64,000 nt of DNA from Minisyncoccota bacterium (GTDB lineage: Bacteria; Patescibacteriota; Minisyncoccia; Phycocordibacterales; UBA1006), in the NCBI GenBank assembly GCA_036405175.1, contig DASWYC010000002.1, positions 251,429 through 315,428 of the forward strand, written 5' to 3'. Each line of letters opens with the position of its first letter. The first letter of the stretch is position 1. Made by a program: the position numbers and the translations under genes. Positions 20,244 to 29,556 of this stretch are shown one piece after another. Under the pieces are notes generated by a model. The model saw only the letters and a list, made by a program, of their open reading frames with translations. It searched no databases and had not been told where the DNA came from.

Positions 20244-21920
20244 TTATATATGTTCAACTTTTCCAATATCTTGAGTTTTGATAACTGGTTCTTCAACACC
20301 ATCGTACATAATTTTGCTTGAATCACGCGCAGTAGCTTCAAGCGCACCGGTTGCATGAACTTCTGCACGAGCAACATCATTGGTTATTACCACAGCTTTA
20401 TTCACCATCAATTCCATTCCTTCAAATCGGCTTGCATCATTCATTTCTAACGCAAGATTTGCCGCCGTACCGGTAAGCATACTGCGTGATACATCTTCTT
20501 GTTTAATCACAAGATCTTTCACTTCAAGCATACCTTCTAAGCGTGATGCATCTTGCAATATAATCTTCACAGCATCGCCCTTGAATGAGTCTACGGTAAT
20601 GCGTGAAATATCATGTGCGGCAATTTCAGCAAGTGATGGTACGGTGATAGTGATGTCAGGATCTTGTTCACGACCACATCCTAAACACCAATCGTCATTC
20701 TTTTCGTTAATCTTCAATACACTATCCTTAACACCAAACTGCAAACGATCAAGGCGAGCCTGCACACCTTGTGCAGTTACTGAGTATTCATCACCTTGTA
20801 TAACTTTTACGCGAGTTGAATCATACAGATCAAGCTTGGTAAAATCTTTCACATCAATGACTTTACTCACTGTTTGCTGCTGCGGAAGATTCTCAATATT
20901 ATTGCTAATCTGTGGCGCATATTTAAGGGCCAAAGTCCCTGCAGTAAACAAAGATACAATCCAAATACTCAACAACGTAATTACCGCTGTGAGGCCCATT
21001 TTTCGCTTTGCAGAGAGCATTGAAACACCAATAGCTGCAACAAAGAGCGCAGGAATAAAGAGGATAATAAATCCAAGAATCACGGCAATATAATAGAGCC
21101 CACCTGGAATAACTTGCTCAATAGGGAAGTTTATATACCCGCTACTTGCATTGAAGATCATATTGATTACCACAAAGATAAACAAGAGGATCATCATGAT
21201 CGGAACAACGGTAAGAAATAGTCCCATAAGTTTTACAAAAATCTTCCAGATACCACGTACCACGATACCAAAGATTTCAAAAATCTTTTCGATAAATCTG
21301 CGGAGTGGAGAACCTTCTTCTCCCATCTTTTTACTATTCTTAGTAAAATCATCAACGTGTTCACGCATCGTTTCTTTAAATGAGTTAAGCGTCATTGGTC
21401 CACCACGCATTTTGATCTTATCTGCTTGAGTAATTGCTTTTGGAACAAATATTGCAAGTGCAATATACGCAAAGATAAATGCTCCGGTAGTAAAGATAGC
21501 AAGGACAACAAAAATACCTCGCATCAAAAGTGGATCAATACCAAAGTACGCCGCAAGCCCCGATGCAACACCGGCAACAATTGCGTCATCAGGATCTCGG
21601 TAGAGTTTACGCGGAGCAGATGCTTCTTCTTTTGATTCTGACTGTTCTCCCGCTTCATCGCCAGTAATTTCTTCAACCGTTCCCATAGAAGTAATAACCG
21701 CATTCACATCTTCAAGTGTCACAATATTATTATGAGATTTAATAGCCTCAAGAAGCTGCTCGGCAATGCGCGCTTCAATATCATCAACAACATCCTGGTT
21801 GTCAGGAGTTTTACCAAAATATGATTTTATAGAATTCAAATACTGACTAAGGCGATCAAATGCATCTTCTTCAATGGTGAAGAGGCTGCCAGCCAATGTG
21901 ATTTGTAGTGCTTTTTTCAT
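20244..21920 (-). CDS. PspC-domain envelope-stress membrane protein with a C-terminal DUF4097-like putative beta-helical domain
   Basis: The PspC domain is LYRDPDDAIVAGVASGLAAYFGIDPLLMRGIFVV. It has multiple TM helices and a long extracytoplasmic C-terminal region. Confidence 0.6.
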   Translation of the reverse strand: MKKALQITLAGSLFTIEEDAFDRLSQYLNSIKSYFGKTPDNQDVVDDIEARIAEQLLEAIKSHNNIVTLEDVNAVITSMGTVEEITGDEAGEQSESKEEASAPRKLYRDPDDAIVAGVASGLAAYFGIDPLLMRGIFVVLAIFTTGAFIFAYIALAIFVPKAITQADKIKMRGGPMTLNSFKETMREHVDDFTKNSKKMGEEGSPLRRFIEKIFEIFGIVVRGIWKIFVKLMGLFLTVVPIMMILLFIFVVINMIFNASSGYINFPIEQVIPGGLYYIAVILGFIILFIPALFVAAIGVSMLSAKRKMGLTAVITLLSIWIVSLFTAGTLALKYAPQISNNIENLPQQQTVSKVIDVKDFTKLDLYDSTRVKVIQGDEYSVTAQGVQARLDRLQFGVKDSVLKINEKNDDWCLGCGREQDPDITITVPSLAEIAAHDISRITVDSFKGDAVKIILQDASRLEGMLEVKDLVIKQEDVSRSMLTGTAANLALEMNDASRFEGMELMVNKAVVITNDVARAEVHATGALEATARDSSKIMYDGVEEPVIKTQDIGKVEHI

Positions 21921-21925
21921 AAGAG

Positions 21926-22264
21926 TTATTTAATAAGAGTAGTAATAGATGCAACCAGGGTGGACCATGTCTCGGTAAGCTCAGCAAGTGCTTGCTTGCC
22001 GGCGTTTGTAAGCGTGTAGTACTTACGTGGCGGACCAGACTTGGATTCCTCCCAACTATGATCAAGTAATCCTGCAGCACGCAGACGACTGAGGAGGGGA
22101 TAGAGTGTTCCTTCTACCACCAAGAGATCAGCCTTTTTAAGTTCTAATAAAATCTCCGAGGCATAGGTGCGATCACGGGAAATAATGAGGAGAATACAAA
22201 ACTCCAAAATCCCTTTACGCATCTGAGCCTTGGTTGTATTGGTTGATGATTCTTTAGGTGCCAT
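21926..22264 (-). CDS. PadR family transcriptional regulator
   Basis: The winged-helix PadR signature is RKGILEFCILLIISRDRTYASEI...GTLYPLLSRLRAAGLL. It lies 5 nt upstream of the pspC-domain gene. Confidence 0.75.
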   Translation of the reverse strand: MAPKESSTNTTKAQMRKGILEFCILLIISRDRTYASEILLELKKADLLVVEGTLYPLLSRLRAAGLLDHSWEESKSGPPRKYYTLTNAGKQALAELTETWSTLVASITTLIK

Positions 22265-22280
22265 TTTTTTATAGTATCAC

Positions 22281-22307
22281 ATAGTACCTTGTTATACAAG
22301 GTACTAT
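22281..22307. promoter_or_regulatory. perfect 11-bp inverted repeat (ATAGTACCTTG-ttata-CAAGGTACTAT), candidate PadR operator
   Basis: This is an exact palindrome 17 nt upstream of the padR start codon. It sits in the divergent promoter region shared with the RDD-family gene. Confidence 0.5.
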
Positions 22308-22389
22308 TATGAAGAAGAGTGGAAAACGGGTTTACACATTCAACAGAGAGGCATACCATTAATACATACCAGTAAGATACGAAAATAGT

Positions 22390-22800
22390 ATGCATACACA
22401 TACCACGTTCCAAGCGGCAACCGCATCAAAACGGCTCGTAAATTATCTGATAGACAATGTATTCATTGTTGTAATACTTCTAGCATTGTTCAGGATTATT
22501 CCGTTCTATAGAGAAGGCACACAATTTGTTGTTACATTGTTAGTGTACTTTGGATATTACTTTTTATTTGAATATTTTTGTGAAAAGACCCTCGGAAAGT
22601 TCATCACCAAAACGCGCGTGGTGACGTACGAGAATAAGAAACCAAGTATTGATCATTTCTTACTCCGCACTCTTGTTCGATTTGTACCGTTTGAAGCATT
22701 TTCATTCATTGCAAAACGACCGGTAGGATTCCACGACGTTTGGGCAAGTACCCGCGTGGTGTCTGATCAAGAAATCAGCAATCAAAAACTCCCTGAATAG
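22390..22800 (+). CDS. RDD-family membrane protein
   Basis: KRLVNYLIDNVFIVV is followed by two to three TM helices and basic residues. Confidence 0.45.
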   Translation: MHTHTTFQAATASKRLVNYLIDNVFIVVILLALFRIIPFYREGTQFVVTLLVYFGYYFLFEYFCEKTLGKFITKTRVVTYENKKPSIDHFLLRTLVRFVPFEAFSFIAKRPVGFHDVWASTRVVSDQEISNQKLPE

Positions 22801-22854
22801 GGGAGTTTTTGATATAAAATAAAAACTTAAATTATGATACACTGACTTTAATAT

Positions 22855-23283
22855 ATGAATTTAGACATTATCTATATCCTAGAATTATTTGCACCCATAG
22901 TTATTTTAGGAATACTCTTTATTATGGCCCTTATAAAAGTTTATTCAAAATCTGACACAAAGCACTACAAAGTCTGGGGAATTGTTACGGGAATTATACC
23001 TTCTCTCTATCTATTCCTTTCAATCCAACTTTCTGGATTTAATTTTTTTGAACCTCTTGGACCTAGCAATAGCTTTACCCATAGCGGTGAAGTAAGTAAA
23101 GCATGGATCTTTTTTATGGGTGTATATATTGTTCATATTATTTTTATTCTCCTCTCATTAAGAAAAAACTTACAACAAAATACCGCTCGCGCACTTAAAG
23201 CATTTGGCGGAGTGCTGCATGTAATAAATTCACTACTATTAATAGCTATCATTCTAGGAAGTTTGGCAATGCGTAGTATTTAA
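22855..23283 (+). CDS. hypothetical 4-TM membrane protein
   Basis: Hydrophobic helices only. Confidence 0.4.
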   Translation: MNLDIIYILELFAPIVILGILFIMALIKVYSKSDTKHYKVWGIVTGIIPSLYLFLSIQLSGFNFFEPLGPSNSFTHSGEVSKAWIFFMGVYIVHIIFILLSLRKNLQQNTARALKAFGGVLHVINSLLLIAIILGSLAMRSI

Positions 23284-23289
23284 AAAGAT

Positions 23290-23691
23290 ATGTCGAATCT
23301 CTATCACGGAAGTGTTGTACGAAATCTAAAGACGCTTGAACCTCGTAAAAGATACACACCAAGCCAAACTATTGAATATGCTGCCATTTATGCCACACCG
23401 TTACCAGGATTTGCTGCGGCACATAGTTTTGCGTGGTCATCAGATGAAGGAGTTGAACTTGATGTTGAAAATGGAAAGGTGACCATGCTAATCCCAGAAA
23501 CATTAAAAGAACGGCTTAGTATTCCAATTTCAATCTACACACTTCCACCTGATACTTTTGAACTCACTAAAGAGGAGGGAACAGGCGCAACGTGGCACAG
23601 CACTCAACCAGTAAATATTCTTCAAGAGAAAAAGTATTCAAGTGTTTTAGAAGCACTAACCGAAAATGGTGTAGAGCTAACTTTTAAATAA
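23290..23691 (+). CDS. hypothetical protein (133 aa)
   Basis: It is tightly packed in an operon, with 7 nt after the upstream gene and 1 nt before the next. No firm motif was seen. Confidence 0.4.
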   Translation: MSNLYHGSVVRNLKTLEPRKRYTPSQTIEYAAIYATPLPGFAAAHSFAWSSDEGVELDVENGKVTMLIPETLKERLSIPISIYTLPPDTFELTKEEGTGATWHSTQPVNILQEKKYSSVLEALTENGVELTFK

Positions 23692-23692
23692 T

Positions 23693-24202
23693 ATGAATAA
23701 AAAAGTCACCGTAAATGACAAAATGCAACATGGATATACTTATGAACTTTCTGCACCCACCGGAAAGAAATTTGAGCCAGAATTTACACCCGACCTAACT
23801 CCAGCAGAAATGCTCAAGTTAGGAGTTTTTGGCGGTAAATATATGACTGACTGCGCCAAGGAATTTCCTGAGAGTTGGTTTAAGCATGCAAAGCTTTCTC
23901 CAAAGAAATATGATAAAAATATTAATTTCTTTAAAATAAAAGCAAGCCAGCCACTCAGCGTATGGCGCGCAAAAGGATGGATTAACGAGCAGCATGATCC
24001 ACGTGGATGGTTTCAATGGTATTGCCGCTATTATATGGGCCGTCGTTTACCAGAAGAAGATGCTCGGCAAATCAAGCGATGGAAGGCTATGCGTCGCCAC
24101 ATTGCACAGATTAAAAAATATTGCTATCCAGGGAATCTAAGCTGCCATCCAAAACAACGCCAAGCACTTTTGCATTGGGCGTATGATTCACGGAAAATGT
24201 AA
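23693..24202 (+). CDS. hypothetical basic/aromatic-rich protein (169 aa)
   Basis: WFQWYCRYYMGRR...RQIKRWKAMRRH is Trp/Arg-rich, with no recognised family. Confidence 0.4.
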   Translation: MNKKVTVNDKMQHGYTYELSAPTGKKFEPEFTPDLTPAEMLKLGVFGGKYMTDCAKEFPESWFKHAKLSPKKYDKNINFFKIKASQPLSVWRAKGWINEQHDPRGWFQWYCRYYMGRRLPEEDARQIKRWKAMRRHIAQIKKYCYPGNLSCHPKQRQALLHWAYDSRKM

Positions 24203-24221
24203 AGTGATATATACTTCTAGT

Positions 24222-24863
24222 ATGAATCCAGAGAAATTCGGCCAAGAAAATGAACATTCCGAGTCAAAGCAAGAACTTGAGTGGCAAGAGTACTACGAAA
24301 AATCAAAACAGCTTAAACCTCGATGGACCTTGGTTCAAGCTCTTGAATTTGTAACTAACAGAGATTCCGCACTTGATATTGGCGCAGGGTCACTTAAAGA
24401 TGCAAAGTATTTGCTGCAAGAAAATTTCAACCATGTTACAGCTTTGGATGTTGAACCAGTAGCTCAAAAAGATGCCGACGCGTTACCGTCCGATAAATTC
24501 AACTACATTATTACGCCTGTAGAATCCTATGATTTTCCTAAAAATGAGTACGATTTTGTTTCAGCTCAATCAGTGCTTCCATTTCTCACCAATGAAGAAG
24601 TGTCTCAGGTTTTAGAGAACATTATGCAGTCATTGAAGCCTGATGGTATTCTTAATGGTCAAATTTTTGGCGAGAACGAATATTGGGAAAAGTTTTCACA
24701 TCCTGTCCAAAGTATCTACACCAAGGAAGAAGCAGAAAATCTTATTACATCATTAGGAGGAGAAGTTATTCTCTTTAGAGAGGTCGACAGACAAGAACCA
24801 AATGTTCATGGAAGTCTACGAAGATTCCATTATTTTAATTTTATTATCAAGAAGTCAAGCTAA
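24222..24863 (+). CDS. class I SAM-dependent methyltransferase (TehB/TPMT-like)
   Basis: Motif I is LDIGAGSLKDAKYL, followed by VTALDVEP. The start was trimmed to MNPEKF. Confidence 0.5.
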   Translation: MNPEKFGQENEHSESKQELEWQEYYEKSKQLKPRWTLVQALEFVTNRDSALDIGAGSLKDAKYLLQENFNHVTALDVEPVAQKDADALPSDKFNYIITPVESYDFPKNEYDFVSAQSVLPFLTNEEVSQVLENIMQSLKPDGILNGQIFGENEYWEKFSHPVQSIYTKEEAENLITSLGGEVILFREVDRQEPNVHGSLRRFHYFNFIIKKSS

Positions 24864-24868
24864 ATCGT

Positions 24869-25336
24869 ATGACCATTACATCTCAGCAAAATAACAATGA
24901 TTCTTGCGTATTCTGCTCAATTCCTGAAATTAAAACACGTACAATTATTGAGAATGACTTAGTAGCTGCCTTTCCTAATAATCTCCCTATAACTCCTGGG
25001 CATACCTTAGTTGTACCTAAAAGATGCGTTAAAAAGCTTGAGGATCTAAGCAAAGAAGAAAAGATTGCAATATTTGAGTTAGCAGAAAAGATTATGTCAG
25101 CCTTGCGACAAGCTTACGGAGCTGAGGGTTTTAACTGTGCATGGAATCAAGAGAAGCTAGCTGGGCAATCAGTACCACATTTTCACCTGCATATTATTCC
25201 AAGAAAAGAGGGTGACACGGGACTTTTAGGGTATGATCCAAGAAGTATGATTTATCGAACTGGAGATCGAGAACCTGCAACAGAAGAAGATTTGCTCGCC
25301 GTAAAGACCTTAATCCAAGATGCTTTGTTAGAATAA
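24869..25336 (+). CDS. HIT (histidine triad) family hydrolase
   Basis: HFHLHIIPR is the histidine-triad motif. Confidence 0.8.
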   Translation: MTITSQQNNNDSCVFCSIPEIKTRTIIENDLVAAFPNNLPITPGHTLVVPKRCVKKLEDLSKEEKIAIFELAEKIMSALRQAYGAEGFNCAWNQEKLAGQSVPHFHLHIIPRKEGDTGLLGYDPRSMIYRTGDREPATEEDLLAVKTLIQDALLE

Positions 25337-25344
25337 TCAAAGAT

Positions 25345-26007
25345 ATGATAAATAACCCTTCTGCGAAACAAATTCTTATCTATGGAGATTCTCTCGTGTA
25401 TGGTAAAAAACCTTCGGTTCCAGAACGATTTGATAGTGCTACGCGATTCACCGGTATCATCCAAGAACTTCTTGGTAATAATTTTAATATTATTGAGGAA
25501 GGGCTTCGCGCTCGCATGTTAGTAGGAGAGAATGTATTTTTTCCAGAACGAAACGGACTTGAACAATTTGGTCCAATTTTTGGAAGTCACGTACCACTTG
25601 ATTTAGTAGTGATTATGCTCGGTACTAATGATGGAAATAGTGGACAACATAGAACAGCAGAAGAGTACGCATCAACTCTTGGAAGCTATCTTGAAAAGAT
25701 ATCTACCTGGTGCACAAACCTAGGAATTCCAACTACTCCAAAAGTTTTACTAGTAGCCCCACCGCACATGCAGGCTTCAGAAATCGCTCAAGATACTGCA
25801 CTTACTAAAATATTTGGCGAAGCAGCAGAACAGAAGAGCAAAGAACTTGCTCCTATTTATGAACAGTTTGCACGAGAAAATAACATTGCATTTTTTGATG
25901 CTTCAACCGTTTGCAAAAGCGCATCAGGTGAAGGTGTTCATTTAGATATAGAAAATAATAAGTTGCTCGGTGAAGCATTAGCACGTAAAATTCAAGAACA
26001 AATATAA
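25345..26007 (+). CDS. SGNH/GDSL family hydrolase
   Basis: Block I is ILIYGDSLVYG, block III is GTNDG and the C-terminal catalytic histidine is in GVHLD. Confidence 0.7.
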   Translation: MINNPSAKQILIYGDSLVYGKKPSVPERFDSATRFTGIIQELLGNNFNIIEEGLRARMLVGENVFFPERNGLEQFGPIFGSHVPLDLVVIMLGTNDGNSGQHRTAEEYASTLGSYLEKISTWCTNLGIPTTPKVLLVAPPHMQASEIAQDTALTKIFGEAAEQKSKELAPIYEQFARENNIAFFDASTVCKSASGEGVHLDIENNKLLGEALARKIQEQI

Positions 26008-26010
26008 TTT

Positions 26011-26757
26011 ATGGAACAGAAATTCAATCTACTTTTAGAAGAAGTAAAAAATGACCCCAATATTCTTGGCTTTTGGTTGAGTGGATCTCGGGGTAAAGGA
26101 CTTATCACGGAAAAATCAGATTACGATTGTGTAATCCTTGTAAAAGATGAGGTATTCACTGATTATAGGGAGAAGTTTAAGGAGCGTGAAGATGAAAACT
26201 TTGAATTTTTTATAAAAACAATGCAAACATTTCAAGATCAAACAAAATGGGGATCTGACCAGCGGTGGAATAGATACAGCTACACACATGTTAAGCCATT
26301 AGTAGACAAGACAGAAGGAGAAATTGAAAAACTATTTGCAGAAGTCTCAGTAATTCCTCCCGATAAGATAAAAGAAGTAGTTTCTGGTTACCTTGATGCC
26401 TATATTAATCAAATATACCGCTCTCTTAAGTGCTTACGAGACGGGAATCTAATTGCTTCTCATCTAGAAGCATCCGAATCAGTGTCATTTCTTATAAGCG
26501 CCTTGTTTGGATTGGAAGGACGTCTTAAGCCTTACTATAAATATATTCAGTGGGAATTAAAAAATTATCCTCTTAAGGATTTACCGTGGAGTACCGATGA
26601 GTTTCTGGAAAAAGTTATCAGAATCCTTAGCTCTGGTGACAAATCTACTCAGCAAGAAGTTTTAAAATCAATTGAACCAATCTTTAGAGAAAATAATTAC
26701 GGAGGAGTATTTGATGCATGGAAAGAAAAACTTATGTGGATGAAAACTTATAATTAG
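26011..26757 (+). CDS. nucleotidyltransferase-domain protein (ANT(6)/AadK-like)
   Basis: GFWLSGSRGKGLITEKSDYDCVILV fits the GS...D.D minimal nucleotidyltransferase motif. Confidence 0.45.
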   Translation: MEQKFNLLLEEVKNDPNILGFWLSGSRGKGLITEKSDYDCVILVKDEVFTDYREKFKEREDENFEFFIKTMQTFQDQTKWGSDQRWNRYSYTHVKPLVDKTEGEIEKLFAEVSVIPPDKIKEVVSGYLDAYINQIYRSLKCLRDGNLIASHLEASESVSFLISALFGLEGRLKPYYKYIQWELKNYPLKDLPWSTDEFLEKVIRILSSGDKSTQQEVLKSIEPIFRENNYGGVFDAWKEKLMWMKTYN

Positions 26758-26763
26758 GAACTT

Positions 26764-27468
26764 ATGCATTCTATTCACTCTACAATCCTCAAAGAACTTA
26801 AAGATCCTAAAAATCAAAAACCCTCATCATGGGATACAGAGAGCTATTTGTTGAGCGGACACACATATTATGGCGTTCCAGTGCCAACACGCCGTAAAAT
26901 CGCAAAAATGTGGCTTAGGGAGCATTCTAATCTTTCAAAGAAAGAATTCTTTGATGCTATAGATACACTTATGAAAGGCGATTCTCATGAAGAGAAAACA
27001 ATTGCCGCAATACTCCTTGAATATTCACCAGAAATGCGTAAGACTGTAACATTTAAACAACTCAACGAATGGCTTAATCATCTGGTTGGTTGGGCAGAAA
27101 TTGATGCGCTATGTTCTGGGACTTTTAAAGCAGAAGATTTTATGATCGACTGGGATGGATGGAAAACATTTATTCAAAAACTTGTTAAAGATAAAAATAT
27201 TAATAAACGGCGGGCAGCCTTGGTATTTTTAGTCTATCCAATTCACTACATCTCCAACCCCGACATTGCTCAATTTAGTTTTGAAGTTATTGAAGAACTC
27301 AAACACGAAAAACCAATTATTATCACCAAAGCGATCTCATGGGTTCTGCGAAGTGGAGTAGGGCATCATACGGAAGCAATTAAAAAGTATATCCAACTTA
27401 ATCAAGATACTCTTCCTAAAATTGCTATTCGCGAAACAATACGAAAGATTGAAACGGGGAGAAAATAA
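26764..27468 (+). CDS. DNA alkylation repair protein (AlkC/AlkD-like HEAT-repeat fold)
   Basis: YLLSGHTYYGVPVPTRRKIAKMW is followed by a helical repeat architecture. Confidence 0.5.
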   Translation: MHSIHSTILKELKDPKNQKPSSWDTESYLLSGHTYYGVPVPTRRKIAKMWLREHSNLSKKEFFDAIDTLMKGDSHEEKTIAAILLEYSPEMRKTVTFKQLNEWLNHLVGWAEIDALCSGTFKAEDFMIDWDGWKTFIQKLVKDKNINKRRAALVFLVYPIHYISNPDIAQFSFEVIEELKHEKPIIITKAISWVLRSGVGHHTEAIKKYIQLNQDTLPKIAIRETIRKIETGRK

Positions 27469-27515
27469 AAAGCATGCAATTTTTATTTGCATGCCAGTAA
27501 ATGGTTTTTCTTGGT

Positions 27516-27905
27516 TTATTTTTTATAAGCTATTTTTTCAGGATTTAACAGTAAATATTCAAATCCTTTAGCTACGGCAGTAATCCAGAGGATAATGCCT
27601 GAACCCCATAGAGTGTATGCGGTCCAGTACGAGTTACCAGGATGCCATGAAACTATAAAAAGAATAATTCCAACGACCAATGTGATTCTCGAAAATAAGG
27701 TAAAGATAGCAAAGGTGGACATAAATAAGAAGAATAGAATACTTATTATCGGCACCATAGGTATGAATATCTTTACAATGCTGCAGAAGATAAAAAGAAA
27801 GAAAGCGCTTAAGAGAACTTTGATCCAAATACCTAACAGGATTTGAAAATATTTTCTGATCTTTCGACCAAGAAGATACGAATATACTTTTACAAGTTTT
27901 TTCAT
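27516..27905 (-). CDS. hypothetical 4-TM membrane protein
   Basis: Hydrophobic helices only. Antisense ORFs inside it were ignored. Confidence 0.35.
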   Translation of the reverse strand: MKKLVKVYSYLLGRKIRKYFQILLGIWIKVLLSAFFLFIFCSIVKIFIPMVPIISILFFLFMSTFAIFTLFSRITLVVGIILFIVSWHPGNSYWTAYTLWGSGIILWITAVAKGFEYLLLNPEKIAYKK

Positions 27906-28008
27906 TAATAAAGAATGTTTTGATTTGAATTACAGAGTATCACACAAGACTGATACGTCAAGAGGTAAGGGGAGAGTAGCGTGGGGGTTATGGTATACTT
28001 TTTAGACT

Positions 28009-28266
28009 ATGGCAAAGTCTCAAGAATCTGAAACATTACTTCACACATCTAAAGGCGGACGTGTGATGGGTAAAAAATATAATGAAGACCAAGAACGCAA
28101 CGTAGCGTTGTACACGCTTCATAAACTTGATCCGCATACCTATACCGCTTATTTGCTTGCTAAGATCTTTCAGCGTGATCGCAAGACGGTCTACGATATC
28201 ATCAAACGACTTCGTACTCTTGATGATGCTGGTGAGCTTTCGGGTAATTCATTTTTAAATGAATAA
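28009..28266 (+). pseudogene. transposase-like N-terminal HTH fragment (IS630/Tc1-type helix-turn-helix), probable IS remnant
   Basis: LLAKIFQRDRKTVYDIIKRL is HTH-like. A 40-codon +1-frame continuation follows (MLYLKKADTALAGKSHSNPLKQERAYF...), then stop-rich sequence. Confidence 0.3.
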
Positions 28267-28811
28267 AAAATGCTGTACCTCAAAAAAGCGGATACAGCAT
28301 TAGCCGGGAAGTCTCATTCTAATCCTCTCAAACAAGAGCGAGCATATTTTAAGTCCCTATTAGCCATACGCTCTGACTTCACCTGGTAGAACATAGCCTA
28401 TCATACTTTTCTTAAATGAGTAATGTATCGTCTCTATTTTTACGTAACGTACCGTGGGGGTTATAGAGGGAAATTACAAGAGAGGAAATTATACATAAAT
28501 TAAATAAGATGTAGATATGTCTATAAGTAGAGCGTTACCATAGGAGATATTAGTTATTAGATAGTATTCAAATGAAACCGACAGAAGCCAAAGCCGGCCA
28601 AACAGATTAGACAATGGTGCAACGGGCGTTATTTCATGGCTTCTGTGTCGCAAAAGATATATTGTACGACATTCAAGAATCCCTAAAGATGAAGAAGTTT
28701 TCCACATACGCTTTACCAGCTATTGACACTACCCTGTCATCACATATTCCAAAAGTTTGGTCGCAATTAATATATTTAGATAATTACATAATTAATTACT
28801 TAATAAAAAAT

Positions 28812-28843
28812 CCCTATGATCAAGCGGTCATAGGGATTCTAAA
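28812..28843 (-). terminator. intrinsic terminator of the 28881-29345 minus-strand gene
   Basis: atccctatga tcaagcgg tcatagggat has a 10-bp stem. On the minus strand it is followed by TTTTTTATT. Confidence 0.5.
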
Positions 28844-28880
28844 TTACAATTTTGTTAAAAATCTAAACCTGTCTTATTTG

Positions 28881-29345
28881 TTATCCCCTCACCTGAGGGG
28901 AATACTCTTGCTCAAACACAAGAATGTAAATTTCTTCTTTTTTTCTTTCCTGTATTTTTTTATGATTCTTCTTAGTATCTGGTCTCCAGATAGGGCGACT
29001 TTCTTGCCAATCTGCATACGTATACAGCGTAAACAAAAATACTGCCGAACTGGCTAAGGTAACCATAGAGTCAAAGAACGGCACTGTTCTGGTAGCGCTT
29101 CTATCCAGAGGGATTATTCCAATAAATCGGATTATTAAATAACTTGCAAAGATCATTGGAATCGTAAATATAATCTTCCTCATTCCCAAACTCTGCTCAG
29201 CTGCAAATTGAGCAAACTGAGTATTGTAAAAACTTTGGTAAAGAGCATGAAAGACAACACTCCCAGATAATAAGGCCATCGTGAGTCGGATTCCGTAATA
29301 AAAGATTGCAGAACCACTATTTTGAATTTTATGTAGTGATAACAT
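28881..29345 (-). CDS. hypothetical multi-pass membrane protein
   Basis: It has TM helices and a terminator immediately downstream. The overlapping +strand ORF 28614-29057 is judged spurious. Confidence 0.45.
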   Translation of the reverse strand: MLSLHKIQNSGSAIFYYGIRLTMALLSGSVVFHALYQSFYNTQFAQFAAEQSLGMRKIIFTIPMIFASYLIIRFIGIIPLDRSATRTVPFFDSMVTLASSAVFLFTLYTYADWQESRPIWRPDTKKNHKKIQERKKEEIYILVFEQEYSPQVRG

Positions 29346-29556
29346 CGCAAGGAGGTTTTAGGTTGTATTGTTAAAAAGAGTATATTTATTTTAAATAATA
29401 AGGGTATTATGTCAATCCCTACAAATTACTATAAAAAGTTATCAACATTTCTTCATCTTCCCTCTTGCAAATATAAGAAAGTTTGTAATAATGTCGTCAA
29501 TCAGTTTATTTTATACTTATCGCTGATTTTTTATTAAGTAGTATTTACACGACACC

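Noticed and set aside
20380-21635. Plus-strand ORFs (237, 92 and 69 aa) inside the PspC-domain gene
   Set aside because: They lie antisense to a well-supported gene and are Ser/Arg/Ile-rich translation artefacts of an AT-rich antisense strand.
23290-23691. 133-aa protein as a mini ADP-ribosyltransferase (LYHGS resembles the H-G-S of H-Y-E ARTs)
   Set aside because: A single tripeptide match. The downstream Y-x10-Y and catalytic Glu cannot be placed confidently.
28267-28810. Possible structured ncRNA (RNase P RNA, tmRNA or SRP RNA) in the 540-nt non-coding stretch
   Set aside because: None of the conserved boxes are present (no AGGAAAGUCCGGGC / ACAGAANCCGGCUUA for RNase P, no tRNA-like GGUUCGAAUCC end for tmRNA). 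It is more consistent with IS decay.
28614-29057. 147-aa plus-strand ORF
   Set aside because: It overlaps the terminator hairpin at 28812-28843 and the better-supported minus-strand membrane gene. It is low-complexity with no motifs and is probably spurious.
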